From Candidatus Spongiisociaceae bacterium (lineage in GTDB: Bacteria; Actinomycetota; Acidimicrobiia; Spongiisociales; Spongiisociaceae), in the NCBI GenBank assembly GCA_965262915.1, contig OZ253564.1, positions 1,664,001 through 1,728,000 of the forward strand: 64,000 nucleotides of DNA, read 5' to 3'. The notes below the pieces were generated by a model, which had not been told where the DNA came from, did not search any database, and saw only the letters and a list, made by a program, of their open reading frames with translations. Positions 1 through 10,967 of this stretch are shown piece by piece (within the stretch, counting starts at the first letter, position 1; each line of letters starts with the position of its first letter). The position numbers and the translations under genes were made by a program.

Positions 1-546
1 GAGCAGACCCGCCCCGAGAGTCGCGGCGACCACCCACCGACGTCCCGCAGGCTCCACCCGGGCCGGCAGGCAAGCCGACAGCCGGAACACTGCCTCGTCC
101 CCCGGCGTATACGGACTGGACGGGGGTATGCGCCCGATCTGTTCCCCAACAGGGGCCTCGGCCCAGCCGTCCGGGAACACAGCCCGCCCCACTTGGCGTA
201 GAAGCCACCTGGTGTGGCGCCGCCACATCAGACTCTTATGAGCGTTCACTTCGAACGCCCAGTACTCCACGTTGGCGGGACACAACATCCGGACATCCAC
301 CGTCGCCGACACCCCGAATATCCAGGCACCGAACTCCGACGTAACCCGAAGCATCTCGCGGACCATCGAAACGCTATCCGGATGAACAGCCGCAACCCAA
401 CAACGAACCGTCGGCCACACCAGGGATTCGAGGTCGCCGCTGCCATCCGGATAGGTGTCCCACACCGGTGGGCGCCACAACGACAGCCTCGCCAACACTC
501 CCGCGGACAGATCCGCAGACAGCGGAAGGCTGGTGAAGCAGGTCAC
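1..546 (-). CDS. Tyrosine-recombinase-fold protein, 5' half of a second copy (cut by window edge)
   Basis: Colinear nucleotide match to 15102-15647 (offset 15101) with scattered substitutions; GTG start at 546. Confidence 0.85.
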   Translation of the reverse strand, partial: MTCFTSLPLSADLSAGVLARLSLWRPPVWDTYPDGSGDLESLVWPTVRCWVAAVHPDSVSMVREMLRVTSEFGAWIFGVSATVDVRMLCPANVEYWAFEVNAHKSLMWRRHTRWLLRQVGRAVFPDGWAEAPVGEQIGRIPPSSPYTPGDEAVFRLSACLPARVEPAGRRWVVAATLGAGLL

Positions 547-631
547 AGCCAGAACCCCAACCGTGGGGAGGCGGTCAGCAACACGAGCCGCCAGGACTGC
601 CCAGAGGGTGATCGCTCAAGCCGCAGTCGTG

Positions 632-728
632 TGTTATACTAGACACCGTAAGTCCCCTTTGTGGGCGTCACCCGGAGTGCTCGATAAGTCGCCAAACTTT
701 GAGCGAGCACTACGGGTTTCTTCTATTC
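632..728 (+). ncRNA. Putative small antisense/leader RNA: extended -10 (TGtTATACT), stem-loop, T-rich tail (copy 1)
   Basis: TATACT 635-640; stem CCCGgAGTGCTCG/CGAGCACTaCGGG 671-716 followed by TTTCTTCT; same layout at 15721-15812. Confidence 0.45.
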
Positions 729-852
729 GTACATCCTCATGGTAGCAGAAACGGCCATTAACCAGGGGTTTTACCTGCCGATGTTGTAGATACGGTCGAC
801 TGCAGGACACGGGCCGGCCCGCTGAAATGATCTCTGATCAGGCGTTATCCAC

Positions 853-890
853 TCGCCGAGAGACTCCGCGGCAGGGCACCCAGAACCCGC
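853..890 (+). repeat. 38-bp dispersed repeat, copy 1
   Basis: TCGCCGAGAGACTCCGCGGCAGGGCACCCAGAACCCGC matches 22819-22856 with 2 mismatches. Confidence 0.8.
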
Positions 891-1006
891 CAGCACCGGC
901 CCCGAAGATCGCAAACAGCCCACATCCCGGAACTGCGCGGGTAGGGCACAAGAACCCTCGGAACATCCCCCAGGCACCCATCGGACACCTGTTTGTATTT
1001 CCCATG

Positions 1007-1023
1007 ACCATAGATACTATGGT
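1007..1023. promoter_or_regulatory. Palindromic operator candidate upstream of the HTH/helicase/methylase genes
   Basis: ACCATAG-ATA-CTATGGT in an AT-richer promoter region. Confidence 0.4.
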
Positions 1024-1095
1024 ACAGAGCGAGTGTGACATAATACAGGTTGCATGGCGGACTGTTTGACGCATCCCAAGGAAGACCTACTTCAC

Positions 1096-1434
1096 ATGGA
1101 CGACAACACTCAGCAGGTCATCCGCAACGTCTCCAAAACACTCTGCGGCGCCCGGCTCCGCCTACCCGTGGCCATCTGGATCAGAACCCAACCCCAAGAC
1201 AGCGTGTTCTACCAGCGCCAGATCGCCAAAGGAATCGGAACCGACGCCCGCTACCTGCCCCGCGAAATGCAGATACTGGAACAGCTCGGCATGATCACAC
1301 CCCAACCCACACGCGCACGCGACGTGCGACGCTTCTACCAAGCCGACCACACACACCCACTCTGGACGATCATCGACACCACCCTGACCGCCTGCACCGA
1401 ACTCGACCGAATGGACAGTAATGCCTCCCGGTGA
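1096..1434 (+). CDS. Small winged-HTH-like DNA-binding protein
   Basis: FYQRQIAKGIGTDARYLPREMQILEQLGMI resembles a wHTH; AAGGAAG upstream of the ATG (alternative start 1054). Confidence 0.55.
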   Translation: MDDNTQQVIRNVSKTLCGARLRLPVAIWIRTQPQDSVFYQRQIAKGIGTDARYLPREMQILEQLGMITPQPTRARDVRRFYQADHTHPLWTIIDTTLTACTELDRMDSNASR

Positions 1435-1716
1435 CGCCGTGGGAATACCTTCAGCTGGCGAGTGGCTGCAGGTGAACGCTCCGGATGCGACGTCTTGGGC
1501 TTCGAGCACCCCCATCCCCTCTGGGAACTGGTCGGCAGCGTTCTTGCTGCTTGCAGCCAGCTTGCCGAAGCCGGCGACCGGCGTATCGAAACGTTCTAGG
1601 GTGGTCAGGGTTGCTTGGTGGAGATGGTTACGGAGACGTGCCTGAACGACGGCTACACGGAGGAATTGTGCACAGCCAGACGCACACGAATACCCCCCAC
1701 ATGGATGGATGGTTGA

Positions 1717-4700
1717 ATGCCGGCGCGTAAGTTCATTCTGGATAATCAGGATCGGAAGGTTGTTGACTATCTGAGACGGTGTTTGTCGAATGCGGATATG
1801 TTCCGTGTCGTGTCAGCGTATTTCAGTATCTACGGTTACGGGCTGCTGGCAGATGAGGTCGACCGGGTGGGGCGGGTCCGGTTCTTGTTCGGTGATCCGT
1901 CGTCAGTCGAGTATTTGGACCCGGGCGAGAAGGCCCGTCAGAGCTTTGATCTAGTCGAGGGTGGGCTGGCCATCCGGGAAGTGCTTTATCAGAAGCCTCT
2001 GGCGGAGCGGTGCGCCAGGTGGGTCGACAGCTCCGCGGTGGAGATCCGTTCGGTGCGCAGGTCCAGGTTGTTGCACGGGAAGATGTATCTGGCTGATGAG
2101 CCGGGTGGGGATGGTACGGCGGTGGTGGGAAGTTCGAACTTCACCCGCAACGGTCTGGGCGGGGGGAGGATGTCCAATGTGGAGATCAACGTGGCCGACA
2201 CAGGTGTCGACATGCGTGCTGAACTGCGGGACTGGTTCGACAGGATGTGGGGGGATGACAAACTGACGCGGGACGCCAAGGATGATGTGTTGGACGCGCT
2301 GGGGCGTCTAGCGCGGGAGCATCCGCCTGAGATCATCTACTACAAGACGCTGTATGAACTGTTCCGGGAGGATGTCGAGGCAGGCCAGGAGGAACTGGAC
2401 GATGTTCACCTTCGCGATAAGCAGGTGTGGAAGAAGTTGTTCGAGTTCCAGAAGGTCGGTGTGAGGAATGTGCTCTCACGCCTGAAACGGCACAACGGTT
2501 GCATTCTTGCCGACAGCGTGGGACTGGGGAAGACATACACCGCCCTGGCAGTGATCAAGTACTTCGAGCTTCTCGGTGACCGGGTGCTGGTGATGTGCCC
2601 CAAGAAGCTGGAGAACAACTGGGCTCTCTACTCTGATCGGGAGAACCTTCCTGGGAACCCGTTTCCCCGTGACAAGTTCGGGTACCGGCTGAAAGCTCAT
2701 ACCGACCTCTCCCGGGAGGAGCCATTCGTTTGGAGCAACTATGACCTGGTGGTGATCGACGAGTCGCATCACTTCCGCAACACCGGACAACGCTACCGCC
2801 GACTGATGGATGAAGCCATCAAGCAGGGCAGCAACACGAAGGTGTTGATGCTGTCCGCCACGCCAGTGAACACATCCCTCACCGACCTTCACAACCAGAT
2901 ACGGTTGATGACAGGGGGGGATGACAGGGCCTTCGAACGGCGGCTCGGTATCAGCAGCGTCTCCCGATTGCTGGGCGACGCGCAGCGTGAATACAAGAAA
3001 TGGGAGGAGGAGCAGACCGAGAGCGGGGACCAGGCCGTCAAACAGACCAAGCAGACGTTGATGAATCGTCTGGATCCGGGCGTCACCCGGCTGCTGGATG
3101 CCGTGTCGATCGCTCGTTCGCGTCGCCAGATCGAATTGTTCTACAGCCAGGACATTGACAAGTTCGGTCCATTCCCCGACACCGGCGAACCAGACACCCT
3201 CTATCCGGTCACCGACCTGCACGGCGAACTCTCATACGGCTACCTCGCCGACCAGATCGGCAAGTTCACCCTCTCCGTCTACCGGCCGTCCAACTACCTG
3301 CCGGAGGAACTTCGTCAGAGGGCCGTTAACCAAACAGAGAACAACCTGGTCAGCATGCTACGGGTCAACTTCCTGAAACGGCTCGAAAGTTCCGCCTACT
3401 CCCTCACGGAAACCCTGGACCGCACCATCGGGAAGATCGACCTCTTGGCCGACCGTATCGAACAATTCCAGGTCGGGCAGACAACCACCATCGACATCGG
3501 AGACATCTACCCCGGCGCCGACGACGACGACGACGGGTTCTTCGTGGACCGGCGCGGTGACCCGATCAACGTGGAGGACCTAGACCTAGACCGATGGCTG
3601 GCGGAGCTCAACCAAGACCGGGAGACACTCCACGATGCCTACCTCAAAGTGGCTGCCATCACCCCGGAACGGGACGGGAAACTCACGAAACTGAAAGAGA
3701 TCATCCACGACAAGGTCACCCGTCCCAGCATCGACCGCGATGGCCGGCCTAACCGCAAGCTGCTCGTGTTCACCAGTTTCACGGACACCGCCAGATACCT
3801 GTACAGGCATCTGGTCGGCCTGGCTGACGAACTCGGCATCCATGTGGCTATGGTCTCGGGAACTGTCAACAAGACCACCGTCGGACGAAGCGATTTCAAC
3901 AGCATCCTCACCAGCTTCGCCCCCATCTCCCGCGAAGCGCCCGCCGGTGACCCCAGCAGCCAAGTGGATCTCCTGATCGGTACCGACTGCATCTCAGAGG
4001 GCCAGAACCTCCAAGACTGCGACGCTGTGCTGAACTACGACATTCACTGGAACCCGGTACGGCTCATACAACGACTGGGGCGGGTTAACCGTATCGGCAG
4101 CCCCAACAGAGCGGTGCGGATGATCAACTTCTGGCCTACCGACGACATAGACGAGTACCTGAACCTTGTTGGTCGGGTACTCGCACGGATGGCACTGGCG
4201 GACCTCACCGCTACCGGCGATGCCGACCCGTTGGCCGGAAGCGACGAACCAGCACAGCTCGCATTCGATTTCCGCGACGAACAGATCCTTCGAGACCTAC
4301 GCGACGGGACCGTCAACTTCGACGATCTCGATGACATGCCCACGATGAGCGACTTCACGCTCAACCACTTCTACAACCAGCTTCTCCGATACCTACAGGA
4401 GCACAAACATCTCGACCGGACCCCTGACGGCGCCTACGCAGTCACCGCAGCAGGACCGTCTCATCCCCCGGGAGTGGTGTTCGTCCTTCGCGAACGGCCT
4501 GTGTCCGCGTCGAACGGCACCACGGAACAGACCAGTCCGGTCCACCCGTTCTACCTCGTGTACGTACGCGACGATGGCAGCATCCGGCACGGCTGCGCCA
4601 GCACCCAGCAGCTTCTAGCCGCTTTCGAAGCGGCCACATCCGGTAAAACAGCGCCCCTCACCGCACTATGCGACCAGTTCAACGATGAAACCCGCAACGG

Positions 4701-4914
4701 GACGCGCATGGATCGGTACAACCAGCTACTCGACACGGCCGTTGCTCACATAGGGGAGACACGCAACAAGGCGCAGGCCAAAGGTCTGGCCACCAGGCGG
4801 GACTTCCAGTTGCCCACTGTGGTGGAAAGCGGGAACAGCCTGGAGAGGTTCGACCTCGTAACGTGGCTGATCATCACCAGCCCCCAGACCGCCCCTGCAG
4901 GCAAGCGTCCATGA
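1717..4914 (+). CDS. PLD-nuclease + SNF2-like SF2 helicase (restriction/defence-associated)
   Basis: HGKMYLAD...GSSNFT PLD motif; ADSVGLGKT, DESH, SATP, ISEGQNLQ, QRLGRVNRIG helicase motifs; 1065 aa. Confidence 0.9.
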   Translation: MPARKFILDNQDRKVVDYLRRCLSNADMFRVVSAYFSIYGYGLLADEVDRVGRVRFLFGDPSSVEYLDPGEKARQSFDLVEGGLAIREVLYQKPLAERCARWVDSSAVEIRSVRRSRLLHGKMYLADEPGGDGTAVVGSSNFTRNGLGGGRMSNVEINVADTGVDMRAELRDWFDRMWGDDKLTRDAKDDVLDALGRLAREHPPEIIYYKTLYELFREDVEAGQEELDDVHLRDKQVWKKLFEFQKVGVRNVLSRLKRHNGCILADSVGLGKTYTALAVIKYFELLGDRVLVMCPKKLENNWALYSDRENLPGNPFPRDKFGYRLKAHTDLSREEPFVWSNYDLVVIDESHHFRNTGQRYRRLMDEAIKQGSNTKVLMLSATPVNTSLTDLHNQIRLMTGGDDRAFERRLGISSVSRLLGDAQREYKKWEEEQTESGDQAVKQTKQTLMNRLDPGVTRLLDAVSIARSRRQIELFYSQDIDKFGPFPDTGEPDTLYPVTDLHGELSYGYLADQIGKFTLSVYRPSNYLPEELRQRAVNQTENNLVSMLRVNFLKRLESSAYSLTETLDRTIGKIDLLADRIEQFQVGQTTTIDIGDIYPGADDDDDGFFVDRRGDPINVEDLDLDRWLAELNQDRETLHDAYLKVAAITPERDGKLTKLKEIIHDKVTRPSIDRDGRPNRKLLVFTSFTDTARYLYRHLVGLADELGIHVAMVSGTVNKTTVGRSDFNSILTSFAPISREAPAGDPSSQVDLLIGTDCISEGQNLQDCDAVLNYDIHWNPVRLIQRLGRVNRIGSPNRAVRMINFWPTDDIDEYLNLVGRVLARMALADLTATGDADPLAGSDEPAQLAFDFRDEQILRDLRDGTVNFDDLDDMPTMSDFTLNHFYNQLLRYLQEHKHLDRTPDGAYAVTAAGPSHPPGVVFVLRERPVSASNGTTEQTSPVHPFYLVYVRDDGSIRHGCASTQQLLAAFEAATSGKTAPLTALCDQFNDETRNGTRMDRYNQLLDTAVAHIGETRNKAQAKGLATRRDFQLPTVVESGNSLERFDLVTWLIITSPQTAPAGKRP

Positions 4915-7900
4915 GTCCTGTCTCAGCGTCTCAGGCCGACAGCACGGGGCTGCGCACCAGCGTCAAAGACGTGCTGGGACAGATCGCCCATGCCGAGGAC
5001 TTCGACAGAGCAGCACGCGACCTCCTCGAAGTGCTCGGCTACCCAACCGGCAAGACCATGGCCAGCCAGACTGGCAACGTGAACGACTTCCTCAACCGGC
5101 ACACACCACTATCGGGATACAAGCCGGGCACCAGATCAGAGCAGAAACTCCGGGACGAGAACCCCGTCATCAAGCTCCTGTGCCAGGTCACGAACGAGAA
5201 CCTTGACCTAGCCGGCCAGCATTCCCTGTTAGAGCAGCCCGACATCGACAAGGGCCTCCACCAGAGCTTCCTGTTCGTGACAGTTGACCTGGGAGGGGAG
5301 TGCTCCTACCGCCGGGACGACTACGCCCAGCACACCCGGGAGATCAACAAACGGTTCCTGATGCCCACCGTAGTCCTATACCGCACCAACCGACGCCAAC
5401 TCACGGTCACGTTCGTACAACGACGGCAAGACAAACGCGACGAACGACGCGATGTTCTCGAAACGGTGTCGCTCATACGTGACATAGACTTCCAAGAACC
5501 TCACCCCGGCCATCTACGCCTGGTCGAGCAGCTGTCAATCGCGGACCGGCGTGACTGGATGCGCAAACACGGACAGTCCCCGAACTTCGACGGGCTGCTC
5601 CGAGCCTGGGTCGACACGCTCGACACCGAAACCCTCAACAAGGAGTTCTACCGTCGCTTGTTCGACTGGTTCCAGAGGGCCGTCGACGAAGCAACCTTCC
5701 CAACGGGCGACAGCGAAACCAGACAAGAAGAACAGGTGATCAGGCTCATCACCCGGCTGCTGTTCATCTGGTTCATGAAAGAGAAGAGCCTCGTTGCCGA
5801 CGAGCTGTTCATCCCAGACCAAGTAGAGGCCCGGCTCCGTGACTACGACCCGCACGAGGGAGACACCTACTACCCGGCCATACTCCACAACCTGTTCTTC
5901 GCCACCCTCAACACCGAATACGACGACCAGGCGGAATCACGACGCGGACCCGACCACTACCTACACACCGAGATGATCGACGACCTCGACGGCCTGATTA
6001 GCCTGTTCGACAAGACACCGTTCATCAACGGCGGACTCTTCGACCGCCTCGATCCCGACGACTGCTACAGCCCAGAACACGAGCGACGGCTGTCGGTCCC
6101 GAACCGTCTCTTCTTCGACCCCCGCGGGATCATCACACTGCTCAACTCCTACAAGTTCACACTCGAAGAGAACACCCCCATCGACCAAGACGTAGCACTC
6201 GACCCCGAACTGTTGGGCAGAGTGTTCGAGAACCTCCTCGCCGCCCACACCCCAGAAACCCGGACCACTGTTAGGAAACGTACAGGCTCGTACTACACAC
6301 CCCGGTACATCGTCGACTACATGGTCGACGAAGCCCTCGTCGCCTCCCTCGCGACAACATGTGCAGGCGATGGGAGCGACGGTCAGGTAACGGAAGAGAT
6401 GCTGCGGCATCTCTTCCACCACGGCCACGAGACGAAGGCGGAGAACCTGAGTGACGATGCGAAGCAGAGCATTGTCCGCGCTATAGCGAACATCAAGATC
6501 CTGGATCCTGCTGTCGGATCAGGTGCCTTCCCGATGGCTGTACTGAGCAAATTGACCTTAGCCCTGCGTCGGCTCGACCCTGACAACCAACTATGGAAGG
6601 CTCGTCAGAGGCAGATCGCCACGAAGCGAGCCTCTGAGGCTTTCCGCGAGGACGACCAGGCAACTCGCGACGAACGGTTACATGTCATAAGCGATACGTT
6701 CGAGAAGTACCGGAACGACTTCGGGCGGAAACTGTACCTCATCCAGAACAGTATCTACGGAGTGGACATCCTGCCCATCGCATGCCAAATCGTCAAACTA
6801 CGTTTCTTCATCGCCCTCGCAATAGACCAAACGCCAAATCAAACCGCCAACAACCGCGGCATCCGGCCCCTACCCAACCTAGAAACCAAGTTCGTCGCCG
6901 CTGACACACTCATCGGATTGCAGGGGCAACAAGCTCTGACGCCGCCGCCCGTAGAAGAACTACTAAGGCGGTTGGACATCAACCGCGAACAGCACTTCCT
7001 CGCCGCGATCCCTCAACACAAACACGCACTCAGGGAAGAACACCGCGCACTTCGCACTGCGCTCGCAGACGCACTTACCGATGGAGGAATGCCATCCGAA
7101 CAGACAGAGCGAATCGCCGCCTGGGACCCCTACGACCCGAACACACCCGCAAACTGGTTCGTTCCCAACTACATGTTCGGTGTCATGGACAGATTCGATG
7201 TAGTCATCGGAAACCCGCCGTACATAGGACTCCAAAAAGAAGCCGGGAGGTTGAGCAAACGGTACAAGCATGCCGGTTATGTGTCCTTCTCAGGGAACGG
7301 GGACATCTACTACTTGTTTTACGAGCGAGGTACCGCCTTGCTAAAGCCGAATCACGGCGTCCTGGCCTACATCACCTCCAATAGCTGGATGAAAGCTAAG
7401 TACGCCAGTGACCTGCGCGGCTACCTCGGCGAACACACGATCCCCATACAGTTACTCGACATGGGCAAAGATGTATTCGATGCAATAGTATCCACGAACA
7501 TACTCATCCTACAGAGCGGTAGGCGAAACACTGAACCGTTCCCGGCCGTAGGAACGGACACGCCAAGCCCTGACACCTTCCCACCCCACCGGAAGCATTG
7601 GGACACGATCCAGCCCTCCCACAAGGAAGTGCCCTGGGTCATCCTTTCCTCTCCAGAAGTGCAAGTGATGAACAAAATGCGCTCCCACGGCACGCCGCTC
7701 GCACAATGGGCCATCGGCATGCGGAATGGTATAAAGACTGGCTACAACCCGGCCTTCATAATCGACCGGGCAACCAGAGACAGGCTCGTAGCCGAGGACG
7801 CGGCTAGCACCGACATCATCAGACCCTTGTTGCGCGGTAGAGACATCCGACGCTACCGCATACGATGGGATGGTACGTATCTCATAGCCACGCACAATGG

Positions 7901-8474
7901 ATTCGAGGATACTCCGGCCATTAACGTGGATGAGTACCCGGCTGTGAAGAAACACCTGAATCAGTTCTACAGTTACCTACACAGACGCTACGACCAGGGC
8001 CGTACACCATACAACCTACGGTCCTGTACTTACTGGCAAGAGTTCGCTAGGGAGAAGTTGTTCTGGAGTCACATGGCTCCAGAGGGCCGACTCGTGTACA
8101 GGAAGCGACCCATGTTCTGCAACCAGAAAGGCTTCGTCGTAACCGGGCGCTCCCTAAAGTACCTGTGTGCGATTCTCAACAGCACGCTGGCGACATGGTT
8201 CGTAGGACACACGGCGGTTACCACAGGGGAAGGACTGCCTCAATGGGACAAATTCGTAGTAGAGCAGATACCAGTGCCACGTGTTCCCTCACTAGAGGAA
8301 CAGCCCTACGGCGAGTTGGTAGACGCAATACAAGCAGCTAGATCGGCCGACCCATCGACCCCCACCAGCGAAGCGGATGCCGAGATCGACCGGATGGTCT
8401 ACGAACTCTACGGCCTCAGTGATAAGGAGATCGCCGCTGTCGAGCGGCCAACCTCGCTTGCCCACCCAGGCTGA
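4911..8474 (+). CDS. Eco57I/type IIG-like N6-adenine DNA methyltransferase with TaqI-like C-terminal specificity domain
   Basis: GSYYTP, ILDPAVGSGAF (motif I), NPPY (motif IV), EIDRMVYELYGL C-terminus; ATGA overlap with helicase stop. Confidence 0.9.
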   Translation: MSPVSASQADSTGLRTSVKDVLGQIAHAEDFDRAARDLLEVLGYPTGKTMASQTGNVNDFLNRHTPLSGYKPGTRSEQKLRDENPVIKLLCQVTNENLDLAGQHSLLEQPDIDKGLHQSFLFVTVDLGGECSYRRDDYAQHTREINKRFLMPTVVLYRTNRRQLTVTFVQRRQDKRDERRDVLETVSLIRDIDFQEPHPGHLRLVEQLSIADRRDWMRKHGQSPNFDGLLRAWVDTLDTETLNKEFYRRLFDWFQRAVDEATFPTGDSETRQEEQVIRLITRLLFIWFMKEKSLVADELFIPDQVEARLRDYDPHEGDTYYPAILHNLFFATLNTEYDDQAESRRGPDHYLHTEMIDDLDGLISLFDKTPFINGGLFDRLDPDDCYSPEHERRLSVPNRLFFDPRGIITLLNSYKFTLEENTPIDQDVALDPELLGRVFENLLAAHTPETRTTVRKRTGSYYTPRYIVDYMVDEALVASLATTCAGDGSDGQVTEEMLRHLFHHGHETKAENLSDDAKQSIVRAIANIKILDPAVGSGAFPMAVLSKLTLALRRLDPDNQLWKARQRQIATKRASEAFREDDQATRDERLHVISDTFEKYRNDFGRKLYLIQNSIYGVDILPIACQIVKLRFFIALAIDQTPNQTANNRGIRPLPNLETKFVAADTLIGLQGQQALTPPPVEELLRRLDINREQHFLAAIPQHKHALREEHRALRTALADALTDGGMPSEQTERIAAWDPYDPNTPANWFVPNYMFGVMDRFDVVIGNPPYIGLQKEAGRLSKRYKHAGYVSFSGNGDIYYLFYERGTALLKPNHGVLAYITSNSWMKAKYASDLRGYLGEHTIPIQLLDMGKDVFDAIVSTNILILQSGRRNTEPFPAVGTDTPSPDTFPPHRKHWDTIQPSHKEVPWVILSSPEVQVMNKMRSHGTPLAQWAIGMRNGIKTGYNPAFIIDRATRDRLVAEDAASTDIIRPLLRGRDIRRYRIRWDGTYLIATHNGFEDTPAINVDEYPAVKKHLNQFYSYLHRRYDQGRTPYNLRSCTYWQEFAREKLFWSHMAPEGRLVYRKRPMFCNQKGFVVTGRSLKYLCAILNSTLATWFVGHTAVTTGEGLPQWDKFVVEQIPVPRVPSLEEQPYGELVDAIQAARSADPSTPTSEADAEIDRMVYELYGLSDKEIAAVERPTSLAHPG

Positions 8475-8526
8475 CGCTACGCTCGGGCCGGTCTGACGCC
8501 GACTTCGCAACCTTGAAGCCGTCTAG

Positions 8527-8760
8527 TTCGATGATGAGGACGTACGCCGCATAGCCCTAGCCAACAACTTCGAGAAGTTTGACCTCGGCACCCGCGACCA
8601 GATACACAACGTCATAATCGACCGCATGGCAGAAAACGATGCGATAGCAGCCAGATGCCTCAACGACCCAGAGTTCGAAGAGATCGTATTCTCCAGACTC
8701 CTACGGAGCATATACGACACCATCCGGACCCAAGAACCCACATTGGGTCTCGACATATGA
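8527..8760 (+). pseudogene. C-terminal fragment of a type I restriction subunit R (HsdR-like)
   Basis: Translates as ...ALANNFEKFDL...IIDRMAENDAIAARCLNDPEFEEIVFSRLLRSIYDTIR, resembling HsdR C-termini; in-frame TAG just upstream, no N-terminus. Confidence 0.6.
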
Positions 8761-8972
8761 CAGCTCCACCGGACACTGCCGGAGCCTGAACCTGCCGGCA
8801 GCCCCAACCATGCCAGCAGCGCCGAACTTGGGCCGGCGGTTGATTCCTTCAAGAAGAGACCGACACCTGCGGGTACTTCAAGTATCGCTGTTGTTCAACC
8901 GTATCGCTCTGGGGCACGGTACGGATAGCTACGTCAACCGCCCTTTCGTCCCCAACAACAGCCGCCGCGCGG

Positions 8973-10967
8973 TCACCTCGATGAGGGGTAGGTTGAGAGG
9001 AACAGGCCGAGTGAGGTGTCTTGGTTGTTGTCTGCCCACACGTGGACGATCGCTGGTACGGAATAGCCCTGTTTACCCCGTTCGATAAGGACCTCGAACT
9101 CGGAAATGCCACATAGGAAAGGTCGGTGGCGGTTGTCGGACCGTGCATCGAAGAGTGTGCTGAGACCGATGTCTTGCCTTAGCGGATGGTCAGCGACGAC
9201 CAGACGAGCGATCCTGAGCGGTGTCGGCCTGCCGTCGCCAGCGGTGATCGCATGGAGATGCGTGATCGTGCTCGTGACCTGTTCAAGCTTGTTCAGGTGC
9301 TCGTCGATCCACCGACGTAGTGACGCCAAATCGCCGTATCGGATGCCGCCGAGCAAGTTACGCTTGGTGATTTCAAGCACTAGGTAGTTGCCGGCGCTGT
9401 CGCCTATCACGAGATCCGCACGCTTCGCGTCACGGCCTGCTTCTTGGTCGATGATGGTGTCAATTGTTGTGCTGTCGATGACATGGTGGCTGCCGCCGAG
9501 CGTGTGGCACAGGTCCTTGACGTATGCCTCGAAGCAGCGTCCGAGGATGTTCCCGATACGCTGTCGGCGCGCTTGTACAGACTCGTTCTGGTTGTTATGC
9601 GCTTCTTGGCACAGCGAGATCGTTCTGTAGACAGTGTCGGGGAGGCCGACCGGTACGATCATGCCGTCATCGAACTGGAAGAACGGACGCTCTACGCATC
9701 GTTCATCAATGGTTCTTCGTCGGTCGACCAGTGTTTCACCGGGGTCGCCGTTGCCCAAGGGGCCATCGCCGAAGTAGCCAGCCTCGGCTAGTTGATCGAT
9801 GCCGGTCACTAGGTGGTCTGATACGAAAGAGAGTGCATCCTCTGCGGAGTTGCTCCCCAGAGCGTTGTTAGCGAGAGGAACCAAGCTGGGCATCGTGAAC
9901 AACTGGTTGCTCTGGTCTTGGAATGTCGTCATCACCGTGAGCATCCAGCGGACGGTCGTGGCCACGTCACGTAGGTCTAGCCCCGATGTCGTTCTCAAGT
10001 CCGAGCGGAGATCCGACGGTGCTTCGCCTTCGACCCAGGAACCATGCTGATGAGCGTCATCCAAACTGACCAACTCGTGCCAGCGCCGCAGCGAATCTTG
10101 GGGCTCGCCGATACTTTGCATCCCAAACGTGTAGGCCATCAGGGTGGATGGCCCTCCGTCGCCGAGGTTGGCGAACGGCGTGTCGTGGGACAGGATCCAC
10201 AGCGCTGTGCGAATCTCGCGATGCGAGGGTGGCTCCGACCGATCAATGCTAGGGAAGAACTCCGAAACGAGAGTCTGGACCGGTGCGCTGAGTTGCGAAG
10301 GGCCGTCTGTCTCGCATCCGGTGCTGCTACGTGAGTAGACGGCATCCATCGCTATCACTCTTACCAATTGAGGTATGACTAGGCGATGTGAGGCAATTTG
10401 CATCTGGTGGCGGTTTGCCTCGGGTCCGCTCAGAGAGTGGTACCGGAGAGTATCGCGATTCTGTGCCCATGGCCTGTGGGCTACCTCAGACGCGAATGCC
10501 CAGTGCATAGCAACGCGCAATAACGTCTCGCGTTGAGCGCACGCCAGCACAGACTGGGCGGCGCCTTGTAGCGCCCCACCTACCGCCGGTACCGGCAGAT
10601 GATGGGGGTCCAGCAGTGGCTCCGCCGCGAGAGCACGTTGGACGGAGATCTCAGCTGCGGCCGGTGAAGACACCAGAAAGGTCGTTCCCGGTAGCTCCCG
10701 CCACGGCTGATGGATGCCAGTCCCGGTCAGGTCCGGCATCATCGGCACCTGCCGCGCAGCGAAGCCGTCTGGCATCACCCCGGCAGCAGCCGCGAACGCT
10801 CCCGGGGTCCAAGGAGCTGGTAAGTTCGGCACCACCAAGGTCGGTACGGACTGCACAGGCCCCACCAGGTTCCTCAAGATGTACAGTGCCGATTGCTCCG
10901 CGCTTTCAATTCGAACCGCGAAGCGATCAGATCCTACTTGTCTAACTTCCATCCGAGCCGATCGCAC
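8973..10967 (-). CDS. Hypothetical protein with C-terminal PD-(D/E)XK/NERD-like nuclease domain
   Basis: 664-aa ORF; GRCFEAYV...ADLVIGD...LVLEITK pattern. Confidence 0.6.
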   Translation of the reverse strand: MRSARMEVRQVGSDRFAVRIESAEQSALYILRNLVGPVQSVPTLVVPNLPAPWTPGAFAAAAGVMPDGFAARQVPMMPDLTGTGIHQPWRELPGTTFLVSSPAAAEISVQRALAAEPLLDPHHLPVPAVGGALQGAAQSVLACAQRETLLRVAMHWAFASEVAHRPWAQNRDTLRYHSLSGPEANRHQMQIASHRLVIPQLVRVIAMDAVYSRSSTGCETDGPSQLSAPVQTLVSEFFPSIDRSEPPSHREIRTALWILSHDTPFANLGDGGPSTLMAYTFGMQSIGEPQDSLRRWHELVSLDDAHQHGSWVEGEAPSDLRSDLRTTSGLDLRDVATTVRWMLTVMTTFQDQSNQLFTMPSLVPLANNALGSNSAEDALSFVSDHLVTGIDQLAEAGYFGDGPLGNGDPGETLVDRRRTIDERCVERPFFQFDDGMIVPVGLPDTVYRTISLCQEAHNNQNESVQARRQRIGNILGRCFEAYVKDLCHTLGGSHHVIDSTTIDTIIDQEAGRDAKRADLVIGDSAGNYLVLEITKRNLLGGIRYGDLASLRRWIDEHLNKLEQVTSTITHLHAITAGDGRPTPLRIARLVVADHPLRQDIGLSTLFDARSDNRHRPFLCGISEFEVLIERGKQGYSVPAIVHVWADNNQDTSLGLFLSTYPSSR

